From contig CAJKFC010000020.1 in NCBI GenBank assembly GCA_905199135.1, positions 1 to 22,754 of the forward strand: a DNA stretch of 22,754 nucleotides, written 5' to 3'. Origin of the DNA: an uncultured Eubacteriales bacterium (GTDB lineage Bacteria > Bacillota > Clostridia > Oscillospirales > Butyricicoccaceae). The position numbers and the translations under genes are program-made. Shown here in pieces: positions 16,006-22,754 of this stretch (positions are counted from its first letter, which is position 1; each line of letters begins with the position of its first letter). The notes below the pieces were generated by a model. That model saw only the letters and a program-made list of their open reading frames with translations. It did not search any database and had not been told where the DNA came from.

Positions 16006-17100
16006 TTAGAGTATTATCATCTCTTTGGGAGCCTTGTTTATGACCTCGGTCTCGCCCTTTTCGTTTATTATGACGATATCCTCGATTCTGACTCCTATCT
16101 CGTCCTTGATGTATATGCCCGGCTCAATTGAGAAAGCCATGCCCGGCTCGAGATTTATCTCGTTTACTCCTGTGATATAGGGTGCCTCATGTCCCGCATA
16201 GCCTATGCCGTGGCCGAGACGGTGGGTGAAATACTGTCCGAATCCCGCGTCCTCTATGACGCTTCTTGCCGCCTTTTCCACATCGGGGATAAATGCTCCG
16301 TTGACAGCGGCCTTTTCGCCCTCGAGGTTTGCCTTGAGAACCGTGTTATATACCTTTTTCTCCCTCTCTGTCGGCTGACCCACAAAGACGGTACGGGTGA
16401 TGTCGCTGTACATTCCCTTGTATGTGCAGCCGTAGTCCATCTCCACGATGTCCTTTTCCTGTATCACCCTGTCACTGCCCGTGTAGTGAGGCAGAGCGGC
16501 GTTTGCTCCGCTGGCGATTATGCCGCCGTGACCCGTGACGGTGCCGCCGAGAGACTTCATTATCTCAACCAGCTTGTTTCTGATATCCGCCTCGGTCATG
16601 CCCGGCTTTATGTACTTGATTATCTCCAAAAACGCCTTGTCGGCTATATCCGCCGCGATGCGGAGATTCTCCAGCTCCTCGGGTGTCTTGATAATACGGC
16701 TGTTTTCCATATAATCCTTGCCGTTGACAAACCGGACATTGACATTCTCCAGTATTTTGCAGATGTTAAAGGCTCTTACGGCGCCGTTTACGGCGATTTT
16801 CTTGCCTATGAGATCGTGCTCCTCAAAGGCTTTTTTAACAGTCAAAGTAAAATCTTCGCAGTCAAACCAGCCGTATACCTTTTTGCCGGGAATCATCTCC
16901 TTTGCCTCGTCAACGGTCAGAAGATTGCATATGTAAAAATAGTCTCCGTCGTCCTTTATGACAAGGCCCTGAAAACGCTCGCAGAGGTGGGGCGATGTGC
17001 CCAAAAGAAAGGTCATGTCTCCCGAAGGGGCCACCAGAAGGGCAGAAACGCCGTCTTTTTTCATAATGCCGCACAGATTAGCGATGATTTTTTCGTCCAT
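16006..17100 (-). CDS. M24-family Xaa-Pro aminopeptidase/dipeptidase (364 aa from ATG at 17100)
   Basis: Metal-binding motifs HRLGHGIGYAGHE, SIEPGIY and RIEDIVII. AAAGGAAGG lies 6 nt upstream of the ATG at 17100. The ORF-track start at 17118 is a less likely upstream Met. Confidence 0.85.
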   Translation of the reverse strand: MDEKIIANLCGIMKKDGVSALLVAPSGDMTFLLGTSPHLCERFQGLVIKDDGDYFYICNLLTVDEAKEMIPGKKVYGWFDCEDFTLTVKKAFEEHDLIGKKIAVNGAVRAFNICKILENVNVRFVNGKDYMENSRIIKTPEELENLRIAADIADKAFLEIIKYIKPGMTEADIRNKLVEIMKSLGGTVTGHGGIIASGANAALPHYTGSDRVIQEKDIVEMDYGCTYKGMYSDITRTVFVGQPTEREKKVYNTVLKANLEGEKAAVNGAFIPDVEKAARSVIEDAGFGQYFTHRLGHGIGYAGHEAPYITGVNEINLEPGMAFSIEPGIYIKDEIGVRIEDIVIINEKGETEVINKAPKEMIIL

Positions 17101-17229
17101 AAAATGCCTTCCTTTCATATTTCAAAATATTTATAATCAGTATAGAGTTATTATAACATATATACTATATTTTTTCCAGCCCTTTTTGATATTTATATAA
17201 TTTGCACACAGAGTATGTTTTTTTAACTG

Positions 17230-17258
17230 TTGCCATATCGGAGATATTGTGTTAAACT
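17230..17258 (+). promoter_or_regulatory. Candidate promoter of the hybrid kinase gene
   Basis: TTGCCA (17230-17235), a 17-nt spacer, and TGtTAAACT. The -10 is imperfect. Confidence 0.35.
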
Positions 17259-17291
17259 TTATCTGTAATAAAAAGATACGGAGTTTTAAAT

Positions 17292-19796
17292 ATGAGACGG
17301 ACAAAAAAACCTGCCCTTATAGTTCCCATACTTGCCCTGCTGTTCTTTGTAATGCTGTGGACAGCCAGCATATTCATACTCAACGACGCCCTTGTTTTAA
17401 ACGCCCGAACTATGGGCGACGAAATAGCAAGACGATTCTCCGCCGAGGAAAATATCCAGCTTGAAAAATACAAAATGACCCTCAATAACGCCGAATCGGG
17501 GCTTTTGCCCAGTTCACTGCACGGCAAGGAACCTTCCCTGTGGCTGTCTGAATATCTCGACTATGTACACAATGTCATCGGCATATCGGATGTGGAGATA
17601 TATGCCTCGATAGACGGCAAAATAGCCGCTGCCACCTGTTGGGAGGATGACGAGGCCTTTGACCCCACCGCCGCCGAATGGTATAAGGCGGCAATAGAGG
17701 CAGACGGCGAAATAGTTTACAGCGACGCCTACATCGACGCACGCCTCGGCGAGGTAGTGGTCACGCTTTCAAAGCGCATACAGGACACCGACGATGTTGT
17801 GGCAGTTAACATCTACCCATCTCAGCTTTCCGTATGGCCTCCGTCGGACAATCTCCCCGAGGGCTGCCGCTACTATCTGTCCGACTCAAAGGGAGTGCTC
17901 CTCTACCACAATACCTATGAGGGCTTTGAGCTCAAAGACCCTCAAAACACCTATAAATATATATATGAGCGCATTTTAAACAGCAAAAACGCCGTCAAAA
18001 ACGGTTCTCTTTTGGAGACGACCGATCATACGCGAGGCATATTTTACCACGAAATGCCCATGGGGTGGTATTCTGTCATCACCATACCTTACAGCTCCCT
18101 TTTCCACAACACCGAAATTATAACCCCTGTATACATCATAATAATAAGCCTTTCATTCGTGGTAGCTGTCGCCTTTGCCGTCAGAAACTATATTGCCGAC
18201 ACCAAGGCGGCGACGGAAAGCGGAATACTGACCGCTTTGGGCAACACCTATTATGCCATGTATATGGTAAACCTGGAAAAATCCACCTACTCCATTCTCA
18301 AAGGCTCGGATTATATCAGATCAAAGCTTCCCAAAACCGGAGACTATAAGGACTTCACCTCTGTTTCGCAGAATGTCATCGAGCCCGACGCCCGATCGGA
18401 GTTTTTAAGCACCTTTTCCATTGAGAATATGCAGCACCTTTTGAACGACAGGGTGTCCGATTTCGGCGGCGATTTCAAGAGGCTTTTCGGCGACGAATAC
18501 AGGTGGGTGCATGTTCAGATGCTCTACGACCCCTCCTTTGAGGACGACAATGTGGTGCTGTGCTTTAAAGATGTAAACTCTTCCAAAGAGTCCTCTCTCA
18601 AAAAGAACGAGCTTTTGAGCAATTCTCTCAAAAATCTCGAGCGTATGTCTCAGGCAAGGAATATGTTTTTCTCCAATATGTCCCACGACATGCGCACACC
18701 GCTCAACGCCATAATCGGTCTGTCATCTCTTGCCGACACCAACGCGTCAGACACCGAAAAGGTGAAGAGCTATCTAAAAAAGATAAATGTCTCGAGCCGT
18801 CAGCTTTTGGAGCTGATAAACGACATTTTAGATGTGTCAAAGCTCGAGAGCGGCAAGATACAGATAGACAACAGCGACTTTATTATGAAAGATAAGGTAA
18901 CTGACCTTCTGTCGGTATTTGATGTCCAGTCGGAAATGGGCAAGACTTTTATAAAGGAATTGAGCATATCACGAAAGACCGTTTCGGGAGACTGGAAAAA
19001 GGTTCAGCAGATACTCAACAACCTGCTTTCAAATGCCTTTAAGTTTACCGCAAAAGACGGAATGGTGGAATTTGCCATTTCGGAGATAGCCGACGACAAC
19101 AGCAAATTTACAAAATACCGCTTTGTGATAAAGGACAACGGCGTCGGTATGAGCGATGAGTTCTTGAAAAAAATCTTTGTGCCCTATGAGCGCGAGACCC
19201 GCTTCGGCGCCGCCAATATCTCAGGCACAGGTCTCGGCACCGCCATCGCCCACGACCTTGTCATACAGATGGACGGCAGCATAGATGTCTCCAGCAAACT
19301 GGGCGAAGGCACAGTTTTCACCGTAATTCTGCCTTTCAGAGTGGTGTCTGACGACATATCCGAGCAGGAACCCTCCGCCGTTTCTCACGAAACTCAAACC
19401 CCGTCCTCTAAAAATATCCTTTTGGCAGAAGACAACGAGATAAACTTGGAGATAGCCACGGAGCTTTTGGAAATGGCAGGCTACACCGTCGAAAAGGCCG
19501 AAAACGGCCTCATAGCCCTCAATCTCTTCAAGGAAAGCGAAGTCGGTCATTTTGCCGCTGTTCTCATGGATATGCAGATGCCCGAAATGGACGGCTGCTC
19601 GGCGGCTAAAGCCATAAGAGCTTTGGACAGACCCGACGCCGCCACTGTTCCCATTATAGCGGTCACCGCCAACGCTTTTTCGGAGGACATCTCCAAAACC
19701 AAGGAGGCAGGCATGAACGCCCACCTTTCAAAGCCCATCGACATCGGTCTTTTCACAAAGATGATGGAGGACATAATAAACAATAGCGGAAAATAA
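17292..19796 (+). CDS. Hybrid sensor histidine kinase/response regulator (834 aa): TM, dCache-like extracytoplasmic sensor, TM, PAS-like, HisKA, HATPase_c, REC
   Basis: H-box MSHDMRTPLNAIIG. N-box LNNLLSNAFKFT. G-boxes DNGVGM and GTGLGTAIAHDL. The C-terminal receiver is ILLAEDNEINLEIATELL...AVLMDMQMPEMDGCSAAKAIRAL...SKP. Two TM segments (PALIVPILALLFFVMLW and PVYIIIISLSFVVAVAFAV) flank an extracellular domain of about 240 aa. Confidence 0.9.
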   Translation: MRRTKKPALIVPILALLFFVMLWTASIFILNDALVLNARTMGDEIARRFSAEENIQLEKYKMTLNNAESGLLPSSLHGKEPSLWLSEYLDYVHNVIGISDVEIYASIDGKIAAATCWEDDEAFDPTAAEWYKAAIEADGEIVYSDAYIDARLGEVVVTLSKRIQDTDDVVAVNIYPSQLSVWPPSDNLPEGCRYYLSDSKGVLLYHNTYEGFELKDPQNTYKYIYERILNSKNAVKNGSLLETTDHTRGIFYHEMPMGWYSVITIPYSSLFHNTEIITPVYIIIISLSFVVAVAFAVRNYIADTKAATESGILTALGNTYYAMYMVNLEKSTYSILKGSDYIRSKLPKTGDYKDFTSVSQNVIEPDARSEFLSTFSIENMQHLLNDRVSDFGGDFKRLFGDEYRWVHVQMLYDPSFEDDNVVLCFKDVNSSKESSLKKNELLSNSLKNLERMSQARNMFFSNMSHDMRTPLNAIIGLSSLADTNASDTEKVKSYLKKINVSSRQLLELINDILDVSKLESGKIQIDNSDFIMKDKVTDLLSVFDVQSEMGKTFIKELSISRKTVSGDWKKVQQILNNLLSNAFKFTAKDGMVEFAISEIADDNSKFTKYRFVIKDNGVGMSDEFLKKIFVPYERETRFGAANISGTGLGTAIAHDLVIQMDGSIDVSSKLGEGTVFTVILPFRVVSDDISEQEPSAVSHETQTPSSKNILLAEDNEINLEIATELLEMAGYTVEKAENGLIALNLFKESEVGHFAAVLMDMQMPEMDGCSAAKAIRALDRPDAATVPIIAVTANAFSEDISKTKEAGMNAHLSKPIDIGLFTKMMEDIINNSGK

Positions 19797-19814
19797 ATTT
19801 TCTGAGGAAAACCT

Positions 19815-20453
19815 ATGAAAATAATCAAAACAGACGGAATATTTAATTTTGAAGAGATAGTCGGCAGCGGCGGCTGGTACTGGTGCTGCGACTACGCCTC
19901 GGGAGACCTCTATGAGGCGGAGGAAATTTTCAAAGACGGCCGCCCTTTAAAAAGCAACCGCATCATATTCGTTCATTACCCCGACGGAAAGTTCATTGAA
20001 CCCATAAAGGCAAAAGAGGGCCAATATCTCGGAAGACCTGTTTTTGACGGCGGAAACCTCAAGCTTCCGCTTGTTGACTTTCCCAAATCCATGATTTATA
20101 TTTTGAGCCTTAACCGCGATTCGGAGGAAGTGTCCAAAGAGGCGGAGCTTTCCCTTTTTGAAGTAAAGAACTGCTACAATCTCATGCTCATGCAGTCTCC
20201 ACTCATGCTGACAAGACAGGGCTTTGACAATCTGTTCGAGGTGGTCTGGCCCGAAAAAATCAGCTTTTTCATTGGAAACACCGAGTCATTTTGCAGCAGA
20301 GACTGCGATAAACTGTATTTCAGCCGCTGGTTTGAAGACCCCGACTACCGCGATGAGACGGTTATAAGACAATACCCCGACGGTAAAGTTTTGGAGATAA
20401 TTTCCGGCGCTCTCATGGAAATGCCCGACGGACAGAAATGGATAGTGCGTTAA
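19815..20453 (+). CDS. Hypothetical acidic Cys-containing protein with an internal duplication (212 aa)
   Basis: It has no TM segment or signal peptide. Two repeats each contain a Cys pair and YPDGK: WYWCCDYASGDLYEAEEIF...IIFVHYPDGKFIEPI and FCSRDCDKLYFSRWFEDPDY...VIRQYPDGKVLEII. The nucleotide segments 19977-19993 and 20373-20390 are nearly identical. GAGGAAAA RBS. It starts 15 nt after the kinase stop. Confidence 0.6.
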   Translation: MKIIKTDGIFNFEEIVGSGGWYWCCDYASGDLYEAEEIFKDGRPLKSNRIIFVHYPDGKFIEPIKAKEGQYLGRPVFDGGNLKLPLVDFPKSMIYILSLNRDSEEVSKEAELSLFEVKNCYNLMLMQSPLMLTRQGFDNLFEVVWPEKISFFIGNTESFCSRDCDKLYFSRWFEDPDYRDETVIRQYPDGKVLEIISGALMEMPDGQKWIVR

Positions 20454-20885
20454 ATGAGAGGTGATCCTGTGACCGATTGGAAATACATCTCCTCCGAAAA
20501 GGATATCACCGATATTATGATGGCCTGCGGTGATTTTCACGACTGCTGTATCGTGTCGGCAAACTATCAGAGCAGAGCCTTTGTCGACGGTGACAGCTCT
20601 ATGCACTTCGGCAAAGCCGACGACAGAATAATGACGGTAACTCTCCACAGCCAGTGCACGCCTAAAACCATAGAGCTGTGCTTTTCGGGTCTCCGCCTGT
20701 GCCGTCTCACAGGCCGGCAGGAAAACTGCACATGTGAAATTCTCGGCGCCTTTCTCTCATTTTTTGACGCCCACGACAGCAGACTTATTGTGTGGTCGGA
20801 CAACTCTGACTTTGACATATCCGATGCAAACAATTCTGACGACACATACATTGTGGCAGAAAAACTTAAATGGCGCCGCTTCTGA
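20454..20885 (+). CDS. Hypothetical Cys-rich acidic protein (143 aa; an in-frame GTG at 20469 with a GAGAGGTGA RBS is an alternative start)
   Basis: MRGDPVTDWKYISSEKDITDIMMACGDFHDCCIVSANY...CTPKTIELCFSGLRLCRLTGRQENCTCEIL...DFDISDANNSDD. The ATG is 1 nt after the upstream stop. Like the upstream ORF, it has an aromatic residue followed by a CC dipeptide motif. Confidence 0.55.
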   Translation: MRGDPVTDWKYISSEKDITDIMMACGDFHDCCIVSANYQSRAFVDGDSSMHFGKADDRIMTVTLHSQCTPKTIELCFSGLRLCRLTGRQENCTCEILGAFLSFFDAHDSRLIVWSDNSDFDISDANNSDDTYIVAEKLKWRRF

Positions 20886-20898
20886 TACCTGACACCAT

Positions 20899-20934
20899 AA
20901 AAAAAGACCGCCCGAAGGCGGTCTTTTTATTTTT
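20899..20934. terminator. Bidirectional rho-independent terminator
   Basis: AAAAAAA, then the stem GACCGCC / GGCGGTC with loop CGAA, then TTTTTATTTTT. It is shared by the plus-strand kinase operon and the convergent flotillin gene. Confidence 0.85.
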
Positions 20935-22328
20935 TACTTGTTGACAAACTTGTCGAGTATCTCCTTGAGGTCTATGCCTGTCGACTGAGCAAGTCCGTCG
21001 GTTATCTGGCTTGCCGAGTTCATGACATCTTTTACAAGCTTTGTGGCGTTGCCGTCGCCGTACATGACGATCTTGTCGGTCTGAGCCAGAGGCTCGGCGG
21101 CGTTTTTGACCACATCGGGCAGTACCTTGAGGTACATCTCGAGGACAGATGCCTCGCCCATAGCCTTCATGGCTTCGGCCTTTGCCAGAATGGCTCCTGC
21201 CTCGGCTTTACCTTTGGCCTCTATACCTCTTGCCTCCTCTTCGGCGGCAAATCTCTTGGCGCTGGCCATAAACTTGTCGGCCTCTGCCTGCTGCTCCTGC
21301 TCAATTCTCTTGGCCTCAGCTTCTTGCTGACGGCGATATTTGTCTGCCTCAGCCTTTTGCTCTATGGCATATTTCTCTGCGTCGGCCTGCTTTTTGATCT
21401 GGGCGTCGAGGGTTCTCTCGGCAAGGGCGATCTCCTTTTCCTTGAGCTCGATCTCCTTTTCACGCCTTGCGATATCGGCGTTTACCGATGCTGTCTCTAT
21501 GCTTTTTCTCTGCTCCTGCTCCTGAATTGCATAGGCGGCGTCGGCCTCGGCCTGCTTGGTGTCCTGCTCCTTCTTGTACTCGGATTTCTTGATGGCGACT
21601 TCCTTGTTCTGAAGGGCTATGCTGGTCTCGGCCTCTGCTCTCGCCTTGTTGCTCTGCTCCTCGGCCTCTGCCTGAGCGACGGCTATATCCTTTTCGGCGT
21701 TGGCCTTGGATATGGCGGCGTCCTTTCTGATCCTTACCACATTGTCGACACCGAGGTCCTGTATAACGCCGTTTTTGTCCTCAAAGTTCTGAATAGTCAG
21801 GTTGACTATCTCGAGACCCATGCGTCTCATGTCCTCTGCGGCGTTTTCAAGCACCTTCATGGCAAAGAGATCACGGTTCTGAACCAGCTCGTTGAGCTTC
21901 ATCTGACCGACTATCTCACGCATGTTGCCTTCGAGAACCTGCTGCGCTACGAGGGCTATCTCCTCCTGCTTTCTGCCGAGGAAGTTTTCGGCGGCACGGA
22001 GTATCGAATTGAGGTCGGACGCCACCTTGATGTTGGCGACGCCGTCTATAAAGATGTTTATGTACTCTGCTGTGGGGACGGCCGAATCTGTCTTAATATC
22101 GACCTGCATAAGATTGAGCCTTAACTTATCGACCCTCTCAAAGAAGGGAATTCTTATTGTGGCTTTACCTACCACAACTCTCGATGCGTGCTCGCCTTTC
22201 TTGCCTCTCCTGAAACCCGAAATGATGTATGCCGTATCGGGCGGAGCCTTGATGTAGGATATCGCGAGGAATATTCCCACAAGGATTACTGCCACTGCAA
22301 TAATAATCCATCTGATGATTTCGTCCAT
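20934..22328 (-). CDS. Flotillin-family SPFH/band-7 protein (FloT/YqiK-like, 464 aa)
   Basis: An N-terminal TM segment (IIRWIIIAVAVILVGIFLAI), an SPFH domain, and a long Ala/Glu-rich coiled coil (AQAEAEEQSNKARAEAE...). AGGAGG lies 7 nt upstream of the ATG at 22328. Confidence 0.85.
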   Translation of the reverse strand: MDEIIRWIIIAVAVILVGIFLAISYIKAPPDTAYIISGFRRGKKGEHASRVVVGKATIRIPFFERVDKLRLNLMQVDIKTDSAVPTAEYINIFIDGVANIKVASDLNSILRAAENFLGRKQEEIALVAQQVLEGNMREIVGQMKLNELVQNRDLFAMKVLENAAEDMRRMGLEIVNLTIQNFEDKNGVIQDLGVDNVVRIRKDAAISKANAEKDIAVAQAEAEEQSNKARAEAETSIALQNKEVAIKKSEYKKEQDTKQAEADAAYAIQEQEQRKSIETASVNADIARREKEIELKEKEIALAERTLDAQIKKQADAEKYAIEQKAEADKYRRQQEAEAKRIEQEQQAEADKFMASAKRFAAEEEARGIEAKGKAEAGAILAKAEAMKAMGEASVLEMYLKVLPDVVKNAAEPLAQTDKIVMYGDGNATKLVKDVMNSASQITDGLAQSTGIDLKEILDKFVNK

Positions 22329-22370
22329 AACTATACCTCCTGTTTTATTTATATGGGTTTTGAATTTTAC

Positions 22371-22386
22371 ATAGAATATATTCTAT
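22371..22386. promoter_or_regulatory. Perfect 16-bp palindrome ATAGAATATATTCTAT at +1 of the flotillin promoter (putative operator)
   Basis: Read directly. It is self-complementary over all 16 nt and lies immediately downstream of the -10. Confidence 0.6.
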
Positions 22387-22393
22387 GGCTGAT

Positions 22394-22422
22394 ATTATAG
22401 GATATCGTCAAATAAATGTCAA
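22394..22422 (-). promoter_or_regulatory. Consensus sigma-A promoter of the flotillin gene
   Basis: On the minus strand: TTGACA (22422-22417), a 17-nt spacer, and TATAAT (22399-22394). Confidence 0.7.
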
Positions 22423-22628
22423 TATCCCTCGTTTAGAATTTAACATTCAGTAACAATCGGATATACCGAATATACAAAAAATGAAATTGAATTTGTATAA
22501 CTCACATAGTTTACCTTTTATTTCATTTTTTCGACAATATTCTACCATATTTTCTCTCAATAATCAATATTTTTCACACATATTCTGTTTTACTATATTG
22601 TTATTTAATGGTAAACATATCAAGGTAC

Positions 22629-22657
22629 AAAAAAAGGCCGTCCCGAAGGACGACCTG
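22629..22657 (-). terminator. Rho-independent terminator (second of a tandem pair) downstream of the tRNA
   Basis: On the minus strand: stem GGTCGTCC / GGACGGCC with one mismatch, loop TTCG, then TTTTTTT. Confidence 0.6.
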
Positions 22658-22664
22658 AAAACAA

Positions 22665-22688
22665 AATAAAAACACCGCTTTCGCGGTG
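22665..22688 (-). terminator. Rho-independent terminator immediately 3' of the tRNA
   Basis: On the minus strand: stem ACACCGC / GCGGTGT with loop GAAA, then TTTTTATTTT. Confidence 0.65.
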
Positions 22689-22754
22689 TGGTGACCCGTA
22701 CGAGAATCGAACTCGTGTTACCGCCGTGAAAGGGCGGTGTCTTAACCTCTTGAC
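22689..22754 (-). tRNA. tRNA-Glu(UUC). Partial: the 3' CCA end is at 22689 and about 9 nt of the 5' acceptor stem lie beyond the window end.
   Basis: The reverse complement is GTCAAGAGGTTAAGACACCGCCCTTTCACGGCGGTAACACGAGTTCGATTCTCGTACGGGTCACCA. The anticodon loop is CTTTCAC, giving anticodon UUC. It has a T-arm GAGTTCGATTCTC and an encoded CCA. It is nearly identical to typical Firmicutes tRNA-Glu. Confidence 0.9.

Noticed and set aside
16189-17136. Plus-strand ORF of 315 aa
   Set aside because: It is antisense to the M24 peptidase gene. It has no RBS and no domain features.
21324-22124. Plus-strand ORF of 266 aa (Leu/Gly-rich), and 21106..21330
   Set aside because: Both are antisense to the flotillin coiled-coil region. 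The GCC/GAG-rich coding strand produces a Leu/Gly-rich artefact on the opposite strand.
22481-22669. Plus-strand ORF of 62 aa in the AT-rich region upstream of flotillin
   Set aside because: It has low-complexity AT-rich codons and no RBS. It overlaps the tRNA terminators.
1-22754. CRISPR arrays, IS elements, integrase or recombinase genes, or phage structural genes
   Set aside because: I looked for short regularly spaced direct repeats, terminal inverted repeats and recombinase motifs. None were found. The only repeats are the operator-like repeats reported above.

Overview
The window looks like a chromosomal segment from a spore-forming Firmicute, probably a Clostridia/Oscillospiraceae-type genome with roughly 50-58% GC in genes. 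This placement rests on gene order and sporulation genes only; no search was run.

Left part, 1-8016: a conserved housekeeping and sporulation block, transcribed right to left. It is colinear with the Bacillus yqfC-yqfD-phoH-ybeY-era-yqzL-recO cluster, without dgkA/cdd. Here recO is translationally coupled to a 3'-truncated mutS2. Divergent from yqfC are a YlbJ-type sporulation membrane protein and a small Cys4 protein.

Right part, 8063-22754: an accessory-looking mosaic with no integrase, transposase or CRISPR array. It contains:
- a DUF1540-like Cys-rich protein;
- an sdpR/sdpI-like ArsR + immunity-membrane pair with a perfect 13-4-13 palindromic operator;
- an MFS transporter;
- pyruvate kinase, with an extended -10 promoter and tandem terminators;
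- a PadR + DUF2812 pair, with a consensus promoter and duplicated 18-bp operator-like repeats;
- a Sel1-repeat protein with a duplicated N-terminal module;
- an M24 Xaa-Pro peptidase;
- an 834-aa hybrid sensor kinase (dCache sensor, HisKA, HATPase, REC) followed by two Cys-rich unknown proteins with internal repeats;
- a monocistronic flotillin gene whose consensus promoter carries a perfect 16-bp palindrome at +1;
- a partial tRNA-Glu(UUC) with two downstream terminators at the window end.

One observation sits inside the conserved block. The last ~730 nt of the window (the 3' portion of mutS2) are about 70-77% GC, with GC3-saturated codons. The rest of the same gene and the rest of the window are about 48-60% GC. 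This suggests a mosaic or chimeric gene.

I could not recognise any canonical defense or mobile system. The most likely candidates for something undescribed are the hybrid-kinase + Cys-rich pair module, the Sel1 protein with its duplicated N-terminal module, and the operator-bearing two-gene modules.
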